Shown: piece by piece, positions 11,471 through 23,059 of the stretch
How the letters are laid out: every line of letters starts with the position of its first letter
Position numbering within the stretch: the stretch's first letter is position 1
DNA from: Octopus bimaculoides
Taxonomy: Eukaryota
Direction: 5' to 3'
Assembly (NCBI RefSeq): GCF_001194135.2
Contig: NC_068983.1
Coordinates: 152,814,271-152,856,621 of the forward strand
DNA length: 42,351 nucleotides
Made by a program: the position numbers and the translations under genes
Notes under the pieces: model-generated
Database searches by the model: none
What the model was told of the DNA's origin: nothing
Seen by the model: the letters and a program-made list of their open reading frames with translations, nothing else

Positions 11471-11837
11471 AATACTCATCTACAATTTTCACGAATTACA
11501 CTCCAGAAGTTGGAAGTACTTGGTTACGAAGTTCTCCCCCACCAAGCCTATTCCCCAGAACTTTCTCTACCGACTATCACTTTTTCAAGCACCTTGATAG
11601 TTTCCTGCGAGAGAAGGAGTTAAAAAATCAAACCGACGCGGAAAGTTCGTACAAAGAGTACATCAGCTCCAGAACTCCAAATTTTTGTTACCGGAATAAA
11701 CAGACTTGTAACTCGTTGGCAAAAATGCATTGATTGTAATGGTACTTACTTCGATGAATAAAATGTCCGCATTGTTGAAATATAATGTGATGAAGTTCAT
11801 GTTTCGAAACCTTGCTTACTTTTTATTCAGCGTGATA
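11463..11837 (+). mobile_element. Mariner (Hsmar1/cecropia-like) transposase C-terminal half with 3' TIR remnant and TA
   Basis: HEN..SRITLQKLEVLGYEVLPHQAYSPELS(P)TDYHFFKHLDSFLREK..GINRLVTRWQKCIDCNGTYFDE*. This is followed by GAAACCTTGCTTACTTTTTATTCAGCGTGA-TA, resembling the mariner right end. Confidence 0.9.
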
Positions 11838-12227
11838 TTATCACCGTTTTTGTCAACATCCGGAACATCTTCTTCCCCATTGACATCATCATCATCACTA
11901 TAAGCATCAATACTGAAAATTAAAATGTCATGAACGTGAGGAGTGCCTGATTCAATTAGTGAATGAAAGAAACATTGAGTAGACACTCGGTATATTCCGG
12001 TTCATTATCTCCTCTATAAATACAATTTCATTGAAACCTGGAATAAAGAATCGAAGGAATCACTAAATAAATTCAATGAAAGGATTATAACCCTCACCTT
12101 TTCTCCAAATGTGTAATTTAAAGGCTGATATAAATTATGCACGACACAGATATGGCAGCATTCAGCAAGGAACAACACCGACCTCGCTTTATTATGATGG
12201 TTCCTAACGTCCCCTTACCATATATTG

Positions 12228-12277
<50 letters not shown>

Positions 12278-12345
12278 TATCCTCCTCCTCCTCCTCTTCC
12301 TCCTCCTCCTCCTCCTCCTCCTCCTCATCATCATCATCATCATCA
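12228..12345. repeat. Compound (CAT)n(CCT)n(CAT)n microsatellite
   Basis: Directly visible; explains the poly-His/Pro/Ile ORFs. Confidence 0.95.
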
Positions 12346-12639
12346 CAATCACTTTATCTCTGTCATCATTATCTTCCCCAATGAAATTATTGTCATGGAA
12401 ATTATCATCTGCCTCTGTTCGGTAACCTTCTGCTACATCTCAGCACCATTACTATCGTCACATCTATGTCGTTATGAATACGGATTCACTTTGAAAACAA
12501 TTACCTGTTTTTTTTTTCTCTTGTTTAAATCAATCATATGAAAAATTAATTAAAATATTGAAAATGACAAATCCAAATTTGTAACGCCTTCTTCTAAAAG
12601 TAAGCGTAAACAATAATAATACCTTCAGGTTTCGCAGAT

Positions 12640-12811
12640 ACATGGTGATTGTTTGGTGGTTTACTGCTGGACTCATCCACTATAACTTCTTAAAATCCGG
12701 AAAAATATTACTGCAGGAACATTGCCATGAAATTGTCAAAATAAACAAAAAGTTGCCACACCTCTGTCCTAGACTGGTCAACACAAGAGAACCAATAGTT
12801 TTTCATGAGAA
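12640..12811 (+). mobile_element. Mariner transposase middle fragment
   Basis: MVIVWWFTAGLIHYNFLKSGK..KKLPHLCPRLVNTREPIVFHE aligns with Hsmar1-type MVTVWWSAAGLIHYSFLNPGE..RKLQRLQPALVNRKGPILLHD. Confidence 0.88.
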
Positions 12812-13839
12812 AACTGGAGATATATTTTCCGCATTTTACTTCACAATTCATTAGTCGTTTGATTTTTATGTTGTCAAACTCTCTATATAAAAAAAAATTA
12901 TTTGCTATCTGGAATCAACGATACGTTTTAATTTTTGTAATGCATTTATCATATGTTAAATGACTTCTAATATTACTTTGAACATACATTTAAGCTTTCA
13001 TTATAGAATAAATGCAATGTCTTCGTTGATTGATATTTCGCTTGATATTTTGGAGATACTCCGATTTGCGTTGCTGATCAGTTTATCTGTTACTGAGGAT
13101 CGTTGTTTCTAATGATTCTTTACATGTAGCATTGGACTCTGGTATGAAGAAAATACATTTTCGGGTTTCGGTTCAGTGTGATAGTAAGGAAATTTACAAC
13201 GGGTAGTTATGTGTACATGGATGTTTTGAGTGGAGGTGTTTGAAGACAAACACACACGCACACACACACACATACACACACATACACATATTATCTTCTA
13301 TATTGGTTTAAATTATGTCATCCTATTATTTAGCTTGGAATTAGGATTAAAGTTGCAAACTTTTTGATGAAATCCAATTACCAACGAGCGAAGCGGTTAA
13401 ACAAGCTTTCACACAACCACATGCCTGTCATTGTCAGTTTCAATGACATCAAGAATGCATAAGTCTCTTTATTGAAGCAACTGGTCACAGCGAAAAGTCA
13501 CCGTAACTAAAGAAAGAATATGAACAACTGTTCAGCCTGAGCAAAAAAACTATATAGAAACATGCAAATTAGTAAAAATATAGAAAAAAGAAAGCAAAAA
13601 GAAAAAGGCAAAATATCCAACCAAACTAGAATAGGATTATACTCGGATGAGGATGTAGCACATCGCTATAACTGTGCGAACGCGCACAAACGAATAATAT
13701 ACATATATACAAAGTCCACCCCATAGGTATATACACACACCAAGAAAAGAAAAATATTGTAGTCATATCTTAGTATTAAATTCATTACCACGGTATTAAC
13801 ACAAGTTATAATTAAGCTCTACAATTACACAATTGCAGA

Positions 13840-14710
13840 GGGTGCTAAAAGTGGCAACCATTAGCTTTAAGACACTTATTAGTACTGGAAACGTTGCCCT
13901 AAGAATTAACGTTTGAAGTTATTCACACCAGTGTAGCGGGTTTTATGCGATACACGACATTTTTAGAGTGTCGAATAAGTAAAAGTCTCTGGGTGTCAAA
14001 TCAGAAGAACGGAGATTTTAATTGCAACTTTTCCTCGTATCCATTAGGCTTGTAAATTCTATTTCAGGTAAAGCTGCACGTTTCCTCACTAGTATGGCAG
14101 TGCGACATCATACTGAAAGAAATGATTATCATTTCTATAAAGTGTATTATGGACGGTAAAATGGACATGCGCACTATGTGTATGCAGGATTACCTTTCAA
14201 AAGAAAGGATTATATTAAACGTCTTGGTGATATTCCATGTCAGGCATTGACCACCGGTAAACTAACTGCTTTGTCCACATGCAAGCAAGGATTTTCTGGT
14301 TCCCAATAAACACAATTATGTTGGCTTACTGTTCCACTGAGATTAAATTATGCTTCAACAAACCATACAATCGACCTCACAAACTTCTTCTTCGTCTGCT
14401 TTTTTAATTGCATGTAATAATCTTGGGATCAATCTTGACAACGAGCTCTTTTAAGAATGCACCATATGCTTATAGTACTTATTGTTTTCTCGCGCGCACT
14501 TTTGTGGTGAATGCGTGAAATGTTCCTACCCGATAGCCGAGGAACAGCACTCGTTACTGCATGAGGTCTGCCGGGGCCCAGTGTTTCGAACTTATCATGA
14601 ATCCATGAAATGGTCAGGTGTATTAAGGTTTCTATTCCGGATTCACCCATCCATTATCGTTTTTGATACACAAATTTAGAATGACCTTATGTTCGGTAAA
14701 TGAACACCCT
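13840..14710 (-). mobile_element. Decayed Tc1/mariner-superfamily transposase (DUF4817 N-terminus, rosa/DD41D-like)
   Basis: Across frames on the minus strand: [96 protein letters not shown]. TIRs were not identified. Confidence 0.82.
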
Positions 14711-15750
14711 ACCCCTACCATTGTATAACGGTGGCACTAGATAGCATCAAGAAATCATATGAAGGTTTCCAGTTTTTCCAATCTCAAAATAATGCCCGTT
14801 AAATATTTCACAGGTCAGTAATTGGTTAAGTGTAACCTAACATTTTCAATATCACACATTTCAGCAGTAAAACTTGTGATATTTTTAAAACGAAGAATTT
14901 TTTGAAAATCTGTCATTAGAATTAATTAAAAATTAATTAAAAATTGAAGCCAATCACTTTGCAAAATGTCAAAAATAGGCAACTGCGGTAAAAGGTAACC
15001 AATGATGTCCAAATAAATTTAGTATCAAAATATTGCTACCCGTTTATGTTTCCTTGAAGTGTGTCTACACCCTTTATGGCGGAAATTGTATGTATATGTA
15101 AGTGTCCATGTTTGTGTTTGTGCGTATGCGCATATGTATGTAACTGTTATGCTGCATTGCAGCAGTGGTTGATTAAAAAATTACGATAATTTCGACTTGA
15201 ACATAAGACCTTCTACAAATTTGGACAACGGGATTAATAAATGCAAACACATTTCACAATTCAAGACTAATGATATCAAGAAAATGTTGAGAATATTATT
15301 TGTTGAAAATTCGTCACTACATATGACGAAGATGCAGCAAAAATTAAACACCATAAAATAAAAACTACCAACACAGTTTGAAAGTTCCAAAATGTCAGAC
15401 GTATTCAAAGTAAATTACGTAATGAAGAGCAACCGTCAAACACCCCACCTAAAATGCAAACACAACATCCTCCCTACCACAAAAAATAAATAAATAAAAC
15501 ACTAAGAAATATCGCACAAGGAAAGAATTCCTTCAGAGAATTGCTGTGAACTATCGCGAAAAGCATGCAAAGACACTAATTTACACAGCCGAAAATATTC
15601 ATAACCCTGCGAAAAATTACAGTAAAATTGCTCCGTCTCAGCAATGTATTACTTGGTAATGGCTAGCCAGAAACTGGACTATACCTGATATTTCTTATGC
15701 TACCAGCATGGATAATTTATCCTTATATGCTCATCGTATATGTATGTACG

Positions 15751-15782
<32 letters not shown>

Positions 15783-15790
15783 TATATGTA

Positions 15791-15938
15791 TAGCGATAAA
15801 TAAATACAATTAGATGAACTGAGGTAGAATTAAAAGGAATTAAATTCATTATTTTGAATATCTTTAACAATTCAAAATACTGAATTTAATTCCTCTTAAT
15901 TCTACCCTAGTTCAACTGATTGTATTTATTTATCGCTA
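15791..15938. repeat. Inverted repeat (69-bp arms, 10-nt loop)
   Basis: 15791-15859 is the reverse complement of 15870-15938 with about 6 mismatches. Confidence 0.95.
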
Positions 15939-16186
15939 CTTTCCATAAAAAAGCCTTTATTTTTTTATATTCAGTGTGCATTTTCGTTTTTTCTTCTTAC
16001 TTTTTCCATATCCTTTCCACGTGTAGTTTCTATTTTCTTTTTGAAACCCATTTCTATTATATATATATATATAATATACAAGAATAAAGGGCAGGGAATC
16101 GTCAATTAATAATAGAATTAATAATTAACAATTTTGCCAAGTAGTTCAGTATGAAAAAACCTTTATCGGTAAAACCATTTATCATC

Positions 16187-16548
16187 ATAAATATACAGGG
16201 ATTAGCATTGAGTTGCTTCTCCAACATACTGAAAATTTAGAAATAGCAGTCAAAGAACTACTGGTTCTAAACTACAAATTTTTCTCTAAATGGATGGCGA
16301 TATTTGTGGCACACATAGAACAAAAAAACCGGAGGTGAAAGCATAAACAAAACAAGTCTTTAGTTAATCGGATTAACTAAAGACTTGTTTTGTTTATGCT
16401 TTCCCCTCCGGTTTTTTTTTGTTCTATGTGTGCCACAAATGTCGCCATCCATTTAGAGAAAAATTTGTAGTTTAGAACCAGTAGTTCGTTGACTGCTATT
16501 TCTAAATTTTCAGTATGTTGGAGAAGCAACTCAATGCTAATCCCTGTA

Positions 16549-16555
<7 letters not shown>
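16187..16555. repeat. Near-perfect 369-bp palindrome with 1-nt spacer
   Basis: Arms 16187-16369 and 16371-16555, centre TTAGTTAATC-G-GATTAACTAA. I counted three substitutions and a 2-nt homopolymer difference. Confidence 0.97.
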
Positions 16556-16588
<33 letters not shown>

Positions 16589-17216
16589 ATTATGGACAAC
16601 TGGACAAGTATCGAACGCCCTCTCACACGCACACACACGTGCACACGCACATATGTACGGGATATTCACATCTGTGTGCTCATTCCTGTTATTTATGAAT
16701 GTGCCCATGTATCAAGGAATTCAGGCATACATTTCTGTACTCGAATATGAATAATTTTAAATCTCCATCAAGTAATTTCCACTTACAATGTATTGTTCCA
16801 CACGCGTCAGCATAATTCACCGACATGATGCGTCGCGTATTTGAATAAAAGAACATATGGTTCCAAAAGGAGCTCATACACCACGCTATTTTGTCAATGC
16901 ATGTATCACTGTGTAACAAATATTAAAGGAAGTTGTTCACTTCTTAAGAAAAAAAAAAAAAGATTGCAATTGTGTATATTGGATCGCTAATCCCTTCATT
17001 TGATAAGCTATAACCATATTTCCAAATTTATTAGTTTGGCTAGAAAATAAGAGAAATCTATTTACAATGTTGGCAGATTTTTCAGACCTTTTAAAGTACC
17101 AATTGTATAAATAATATTAGTCTTTAGGTCTGCGGCAAGAATATACAGACGCAAGCGCATACACACATATGTAATATATACAAGAACGTATACATGCTTA
17201 CCTGTACATATACATA

Positions 17217-17232
17217 TATCTATCTATTTGTA

Positions 17233-17308
<76 letters not shown>
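17217..17308. repeat. (TATC)n microsatellite
   Basis: Directly visible; another run at 26707-26781. Confidence 0.95.
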
Positions 17309-18642
17309 AGCGAACACGTTACAATGAAGTAGAGTAAGTTAAAAAGACAACACGAAACCGGTTATTTCTCAAAATACAATGTTTATATACCAAAAAGATT
17401 TTATAACATTTTTCTGACATAATTTAAATATATACTTTAACCATGTAACACAAGACTTCTGTAGTTTTTTCACTCTTATTNNNNNNNNNNNNNNNNNNNN
17501 NNNNNNNNNNNNNNNNNNNNNNNNNNNNNNNNNNNNNNNNNNNNNNNNNNNNNNNNNNNNNNNNNNNNNNNNNNNNNNNNNNNNNNNNNNNNNNNNNNNN
17601 NNNNNNNNNNNNNNNNNNNNNNNNNNNNNNNNNNNNNNNNNNNNNNNNNNNNNNNNNNNNNNNNNNNNNNNNNNNNNNNNNNNNNNNNNNNNNNNNNNNN
17701 NNNNNNNNNNNNNNNNNNNNNNNNNNNNNNNNNNNNNNNNNNNNNNNNNNNNNNNNNNNNNNNNNNNNNNNNNNNNNNNNNNNNNNNNNNNNNNNNNNNN
17801 NNNNNNNNNNATATATATATATATATATATATACAGGCACATACACGCATACACACAAGCATGTATATGTGTATAAGTTTATGGACTTTTACTTCTATAT
17901 TTTCTGAATTTCCATTTGGAATATGGTGTAAGTACTTTGAATATATCAGAGAACGATTAGCCGTATTTATAACGACCGATTTGCGTCATAACCAAAAACA
18001 TAATCAGCGAGTATTGGTCTGCTACTATAGAAGCCGGATATGTGTACTATGATTATTAGACCGTGATCCTATAACAATATTAATGGAATTGCCATTTCCT
18101 TAATGCTTGTTCCATGTAATGTCTGCTTATTGGGAACAAATCATGATTTTACAGGCTTCTGGTCTCTATTTCAATAATGAAACAAGTGCAAATAGCATTA
18201 GATTCGGTTTATTGAATTCCTCGCTGGTGCTTAAAATGGATGCACGAATAAATGTATATGCAGATGTAATTTTATCTATGTCTGAATGTAATTTTGGAGA
18301 TTTGCGTATATTGTTATGTATATATACGAAAATATGTATAAATACACAAACACACACANNNNNNNNNNCACACATACACAAAGAAACATTCACACATAGA
18401 CACGCAGTTTTCGAATCCCAAATCCCACTAATATACACCACAACGTGTATATTAGGTGCCTTTACTATTGTCCAGTCTATTTCAAACATCTTGGTCATTT
18501 CTCTTGTTTGAAGGTATCTTTCTCTCACCTTTCTCCAATATGTCTTAAAGGTTAACTGGAACTTCATTTTCACCTGACTAATCGTTATATATATGCATGG
18601 ACATCGATGCAGTCATGTGTGCACGCATATGTATATATATAT

Positions 18643-18673
<31 letters not shown>

Positions 18674-18736
18674 TGCACACACACACACACACACACACAC
18701 ACCCACACTCACATATATATGTGTGTGTGTGTGTAT

Positions 18737-19018
18737 GTGGAAGCGCAATGGACCAGTGGTTTAGAGCAGCGGACTCGCGGATCGTGGTTTTGATTCCCAG
18801 ACCGGGCGTTGTGTGTGTTTATTGAGCGAAAACACGAGGGTGGTGGCGACACCTGTTGTACTCCTTCGCTCCAACTTTCTCTCACTCCTTCTTCGTTTGT
18901 TGAGTAACGCAGCGATGGACAGGCGTCCCGCCCACCTTGGAGGTGGGGACATACACACTCGCCATAGAAACCGGGAAACCACGTCCATGAGCCTGGCTAG
19001 GCTTTAAGAGGGGTGCAT
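18737..19018 (+). mobile_element. SINE family B head/body with a different 3' tail
   Basis: Head and about 150-bp body match 6205-6385 (GGACTCGCGG..TTCCCAGACCGGGCG..TTTATTGAGCGAAAACAC..GTGGCGA..CTGTACTC). The tail is unrelated (ATAGAAACCGGGAAACC..GAGCCTGGCTAGGCTTTAA). Confidence 0.85.
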
Positions 19019-19334
19019 AATAATATATATATATGTATATATATGTATATAGGTATATTTATATATACACACACATGCATGTGTGTGAGAGAGTGTATAT
19101 ATATATATATATATATATATATNNNNNNNNNNNNNNNNNNNNNNNNNNNNNNNNNNNNNNNNNNNNNNNNNNNNNNNNNNNNNNNNNNNNNNNNNNNNNN
19201 NNNNNNNNNNNNNNNNNNNNNNNNNNNNNNNNNNNNNNNNNNNNNNNNNNNNNNNNNNNNNNNNNNNNNNNNNNNNNNNNNNNNNNNNNNNNNNNNNNNN
19301 NNNNNNNNNNNNNNNNNNNNNNNNNNNNNNNNNN

Positions 19335-19404
<70 letters not shown>

Positions 19405-19407
<3 letters not shown>

Positions 19408-19570
19408 TGGGTATGAGAATAAACTTCATCCAGTGGCAAGGCTCCTGTCCGGGAGTTTAGGCACTGCGGGGAATGTGGGGTTACCCTTAGTTGTCATCAC
19501 ACCCAGGTCTGTTCTGGCCCGAAGTAGTAGTGTCTGTTAGCGCCCCATCAACCAGTAAGATTTTAAACAG
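19405..19570 (+). repeat. Unclassified interspersed repeat fragment
   Basis: GC-richer island (CATCCAGTGG..GGCTCC..CCCAGGTC..CTCTGGCCCG.AGTAGTAG) resembling a common octopus repeat I recall. There is no second copy in the window. Confidence 0.35.
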
Positions 19571-19809
19571 TCGGCCTGATTGTATGTGCATATATGTGTT
19601 TCAATATGCGGATTGACAAACATGTTCCAATAATTTATGCAACCTTTTCCATATGTATTTAAAAAGCAGCTTCCCTCTTCTCATTCCATCTCCGATAAAT
19701 ATGTTACTAAGATGCAATATATAAATAGGCTGAAGAAGATAAAATGCAATTTAATGAAGGAAAATGCAAGTCCTCCGTTATCAGCTAGATTGTTCAATAT
19801 TACTGCAAT

Positions 19810-20543
19810 GAAGATACTTCGGACTAAAATGAGCGGCAAGTAGTGTGATCTGAAGATTGTATTGAGCAATGATCTCTCGTTTCACGTGCACACCATCAAG
19901 ATATTGACAATATGCGAATGACCAGATGGATTAAGAACAAGGGACCAGGAAATTATGCTGCTACTACAGAAAAAATCTGTTCACCACCATCTGAACTACT
20001 GCTCTCAACTGTTGGTGGTTCAACGCTATGAAATTAATAATGAACATTGGGGCAGTACAGCGGTACTACAGCAGGAAGATTGCATCAATGGAGCAGCTGA
20101 ACTACAGGGAGAAACTGAAAGTCCTAAGACTCTACACCTTGGACCGAAGACGGGAAGACTGTGAAACACGTGTGGAAGCTTCTTTACCAGCCCTTGAACT
20201 GGACGTCACTGCAGTGTGCCAACGGACTTAGCTATCACGTCTAGAGTGAGGAACCTGTACTGCAATAGCTTGGGATTCGAGGGCCGTCGAGATACTTAAT
20301 ACAGTGCCAAAATATCTGTGTGACCTATATAAAGTAGTAGTGGATGATTTCAAGAAACAATTTGGACTCCTGCTGTACAAGGACCCATATGAAATTTAAT
20401 CAGGGCAAGAAACTTAAAAGAGGGCATGAATATCGAACTTTCTCCTTCACCAAAATCCAATAACAAAAGGAGGATTATTGAAAAGGTGATGGCATTGGCG
20501 GTGCCCTAGCATCGCTGCAGCCCTTGGACTGAAAAATAAAAGA
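19810..20543 (+). mobile_element. CR1-clade LINE 3' fragment
   Basis: SNDLSFHVH..RTRDQEIMLLL, HLNYCSQL, AVQRYYSRKIASMEQLNYREKLKVLRLYTLDRRRE, RVRNLYCNSLGF. Ends in GGCGGTGCCCTAGCATCGCTGCAG..GACTGAAAAATAAAAGA. Confidence 0.85.
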
Positions 20544-21850
20544 ATTTTATTATGCTTACTCTAATATTTCTGGTACTTTTGAACGTAATCATTCTTTCTA
20601 AATGAAAATATCTTGTTAAATTTATTGTCCAGGGGTTTTTATCTCCACCACACATTTTGACATCTGTATGAAATATAATGCATACGTAACGTTTAAGCAC
20701 TTTCCTAATCGTTCAGTTGAATGATAATTTCGCTGACTCAGAACATATTTTTGTGGCAAAGACTCCGTGCATGCAAAGCATATATACTAAGCAGATATCC
20801 TAAACATATCTTTCCTATAATAACATTTAGTAAAATCCTGTCCAACAAGGAAACCAATGCAAGGATGGACAAACTGCTAAATGCAGCAGCCAAATCTCTC
20901 ATATTGGACCCTAATATTTTAAAGAACTGAAGGACAAAGGATGAGATAGTCCTGCATAAATTTTGTTTGATAAAACAAAACAGCTCGATGGCCACGGATT
21001 GAGTGCGTTTCATTCTATGTCTTCGTGATCAGTCCTAAGCAATAACAACAAAAAAAAACATGAGAGTTATATAAAAAGTACTGGTAATAATTCCCTGCAA
21101 TATTGTAAGTTAATTCATTATTATCTCCTTTAATTTATATATTGAAATTCACTTAGTTTTAAGCAATTTTTAATCAAACATTTTAGATTAATTGAAAATG
21201 AAAATAATTAATTTATGCAATAAACAATGTACTAAAAATACATTAAATAAAATAAGTATCGATTTATATTTTCAAAAACTTTGCCCTCTATAATAGTGGC
21301 AGCCAATTGCTAAATTTTAATCTGTATTGTTATTAACAGACATTATATACAAATAACATGCAATGCAGTAACATCACGAAGGGCTAAATATTCACTGAAG
21401 CTTAATTCATGGTTGTTTTATCTTCATATTTGAGAAAAAAAAAAAAAAAAGAGCTATCGATAAATTCGTATCGTACAGATTTGAAAGAAAAATTAATTCA
21501 CGACTGACAAGACTACTGAGTGGCAGAACATGCGTGCAATAATTAATAACATAGAATAACAAGTGGTAGTACATATACTATCATAATATTCAGTAAAACA
21601 CATAAATTACAATACCGATTTTATTAATTTTAAAATTAAGAGCGGAAAATCCTCAGATGATTTGAATGAACATTATAACACGCCTGGTATTTATTTCATT
21701 AAATCCAAACAGATGCAGAATAAAATTAAAACAGGACGGTCTTCGATCCACATTTATATGGATGAAAGAAAGGCACTGGTATTTTGTGAAATACATTGCC
21801 CTTTCTGTAAATGAACTGCATTATATAAAATGAGAATAAATATTTGTTTC

Positions 21851-22041
21851 AAATTTCGGCACATGATGAGAACCTCCGGGTAAATGGGTAAGTCAATTAC
21901 ATCGATCTCACTGCTAAAATAGTATTATTTTATCGACCTCGAAAGGGATGAAAAGGAAAATCGACCTCAACGGAATTTTATTCCACAACATAAAGACGCA
22001 CGAAGTGCTGCTGTGCTAACGATTTTGCCCGCCTATTGCCT
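21851..22041 (-). mobile_element. tRNA-derived SINE family C, degenerate copy
   Basis: Minus strand shows GGCAAAATCGTTAGCAC (head-like) and the central TTTCATCC(C)TTTCGAGGTCGATAAAATAA block, repeated at 22055-22127. Confidence 0.7.
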
Positions 22042-22054
22042 TCATATCGGTTTC

Positions 22055-22127
22055 AGATTGATGACATCGACTCTATTGCTCCACGGGTAATTATTTTATC
22101 GGCCCCGAAAGGATGAAAGGCGAAGTC
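22055..22127 (-). mobile_element. SINE family C fragment cut at the 5' junction of the Tx1-like LINE
   Basis: TTATTTTATCGGCCCCGAAAGGATGAAAGGCGAAGTC matches 21925-21965 and stops abruptly at 22127. Confidence 0.7.
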
Positions 22128-22139
22128 TTTTAGGCGAGA

Positions 22140-22700
22140 GCATCGTTAGGATATGAGTGGGAGGAGTCCCGCCGTCGATGGGCCCAGAATGGGTAGTGGC
22201 CGCGATTTTCGGTTCAGAGCTGGGGAGGGTAGGTGAGGACCTGAAGATTGGCATGATAGGCCGAGCCCAACAGGTGAAATGATGGGGCTGTTGTATGGAG
22301 ATAATCTTTGCAGTGAGCCCGAAATGTTGCGACGAGGTGGTGGAAACTTTGGAACTACCAAATGGAGAGAAGTTGGAGGTAGTGTCGGTGACCCCCAAAT
22401 TGTTGTGGATGTGGTGAGGGAGGGCTCTTGAGAGGGAAGTGCTCTGGAGCGGCGGTGGAGATGGCAGAGGGGGTGTTCGGAAAGATATAATGGTGGAATG
22501 GGAGCAGAAACGGAAAGTGAAGCATGACGGGAGTTTTTAGAGGTGGGGCCCGGGAGGGGAGAGAAGGGGAGATCACCGACGACAGTGGAAATGAGGAAGA
22601 GTGGGGCAGTGAAGGAGGGGAGCAACCCACGACGAGAGGCGGAGAGGGTTTACCGGTGGAATTGCCAGTGAGGGACTTGCAAGGGCAGAGTCATTCAGAC
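22140..22700 (+). pseudogene. LINE ORF1 (gag-like) remnant
   Basis: VPPSMGPEWVVAAI..TLELPNGEKLEVV, then C-C-G-C-G-E-G-G-L-L-R-G-K-C at 22401-22442, a CX2CX4HX4C knuckle with His replaced by Leu (CTC), then a purine-rich acidic linker. Confidence 0.7.
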
Positions 22701-23059
22701 CAGAAGCAGGACAGCCCAGAATTGTGGAATCCTAGAGACATATACGCACGGACGAGACACAGAGAGTTGCAGTCGGGCGAGCGAACAGGCGCACAAGTGC
22801 ACAAGCGCACGGACATGCAGACGCAGTTGTGGGAAATGATGAAACAGCAGAAGTATGAAGACGGAGAAAGACAGCAAGTAAAGCACACACAGGGGGGCGA
22901 ATTGTGGTGAGACGGGACATCCCAACTTGGAGGATTGCGGGATTGAAAGACGTTGTGAGAGACGGAAGTGGTGGGTCATTGTAGTTTTGAAAGTACTGTG
23001 ACTGAGAAAAGTATTTTTTTGAACATTTAATGGAGGAAAAAGGGGGAAAACAAGTAAAT

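Noticed and set aside
15819-15830. TGAGGTAG let-7-like seed inside a hairpin
   Set aside because: The match ends after 8 nt; the rest is unlike let-7 and the hairpin is much longer than a pre-miRNA.
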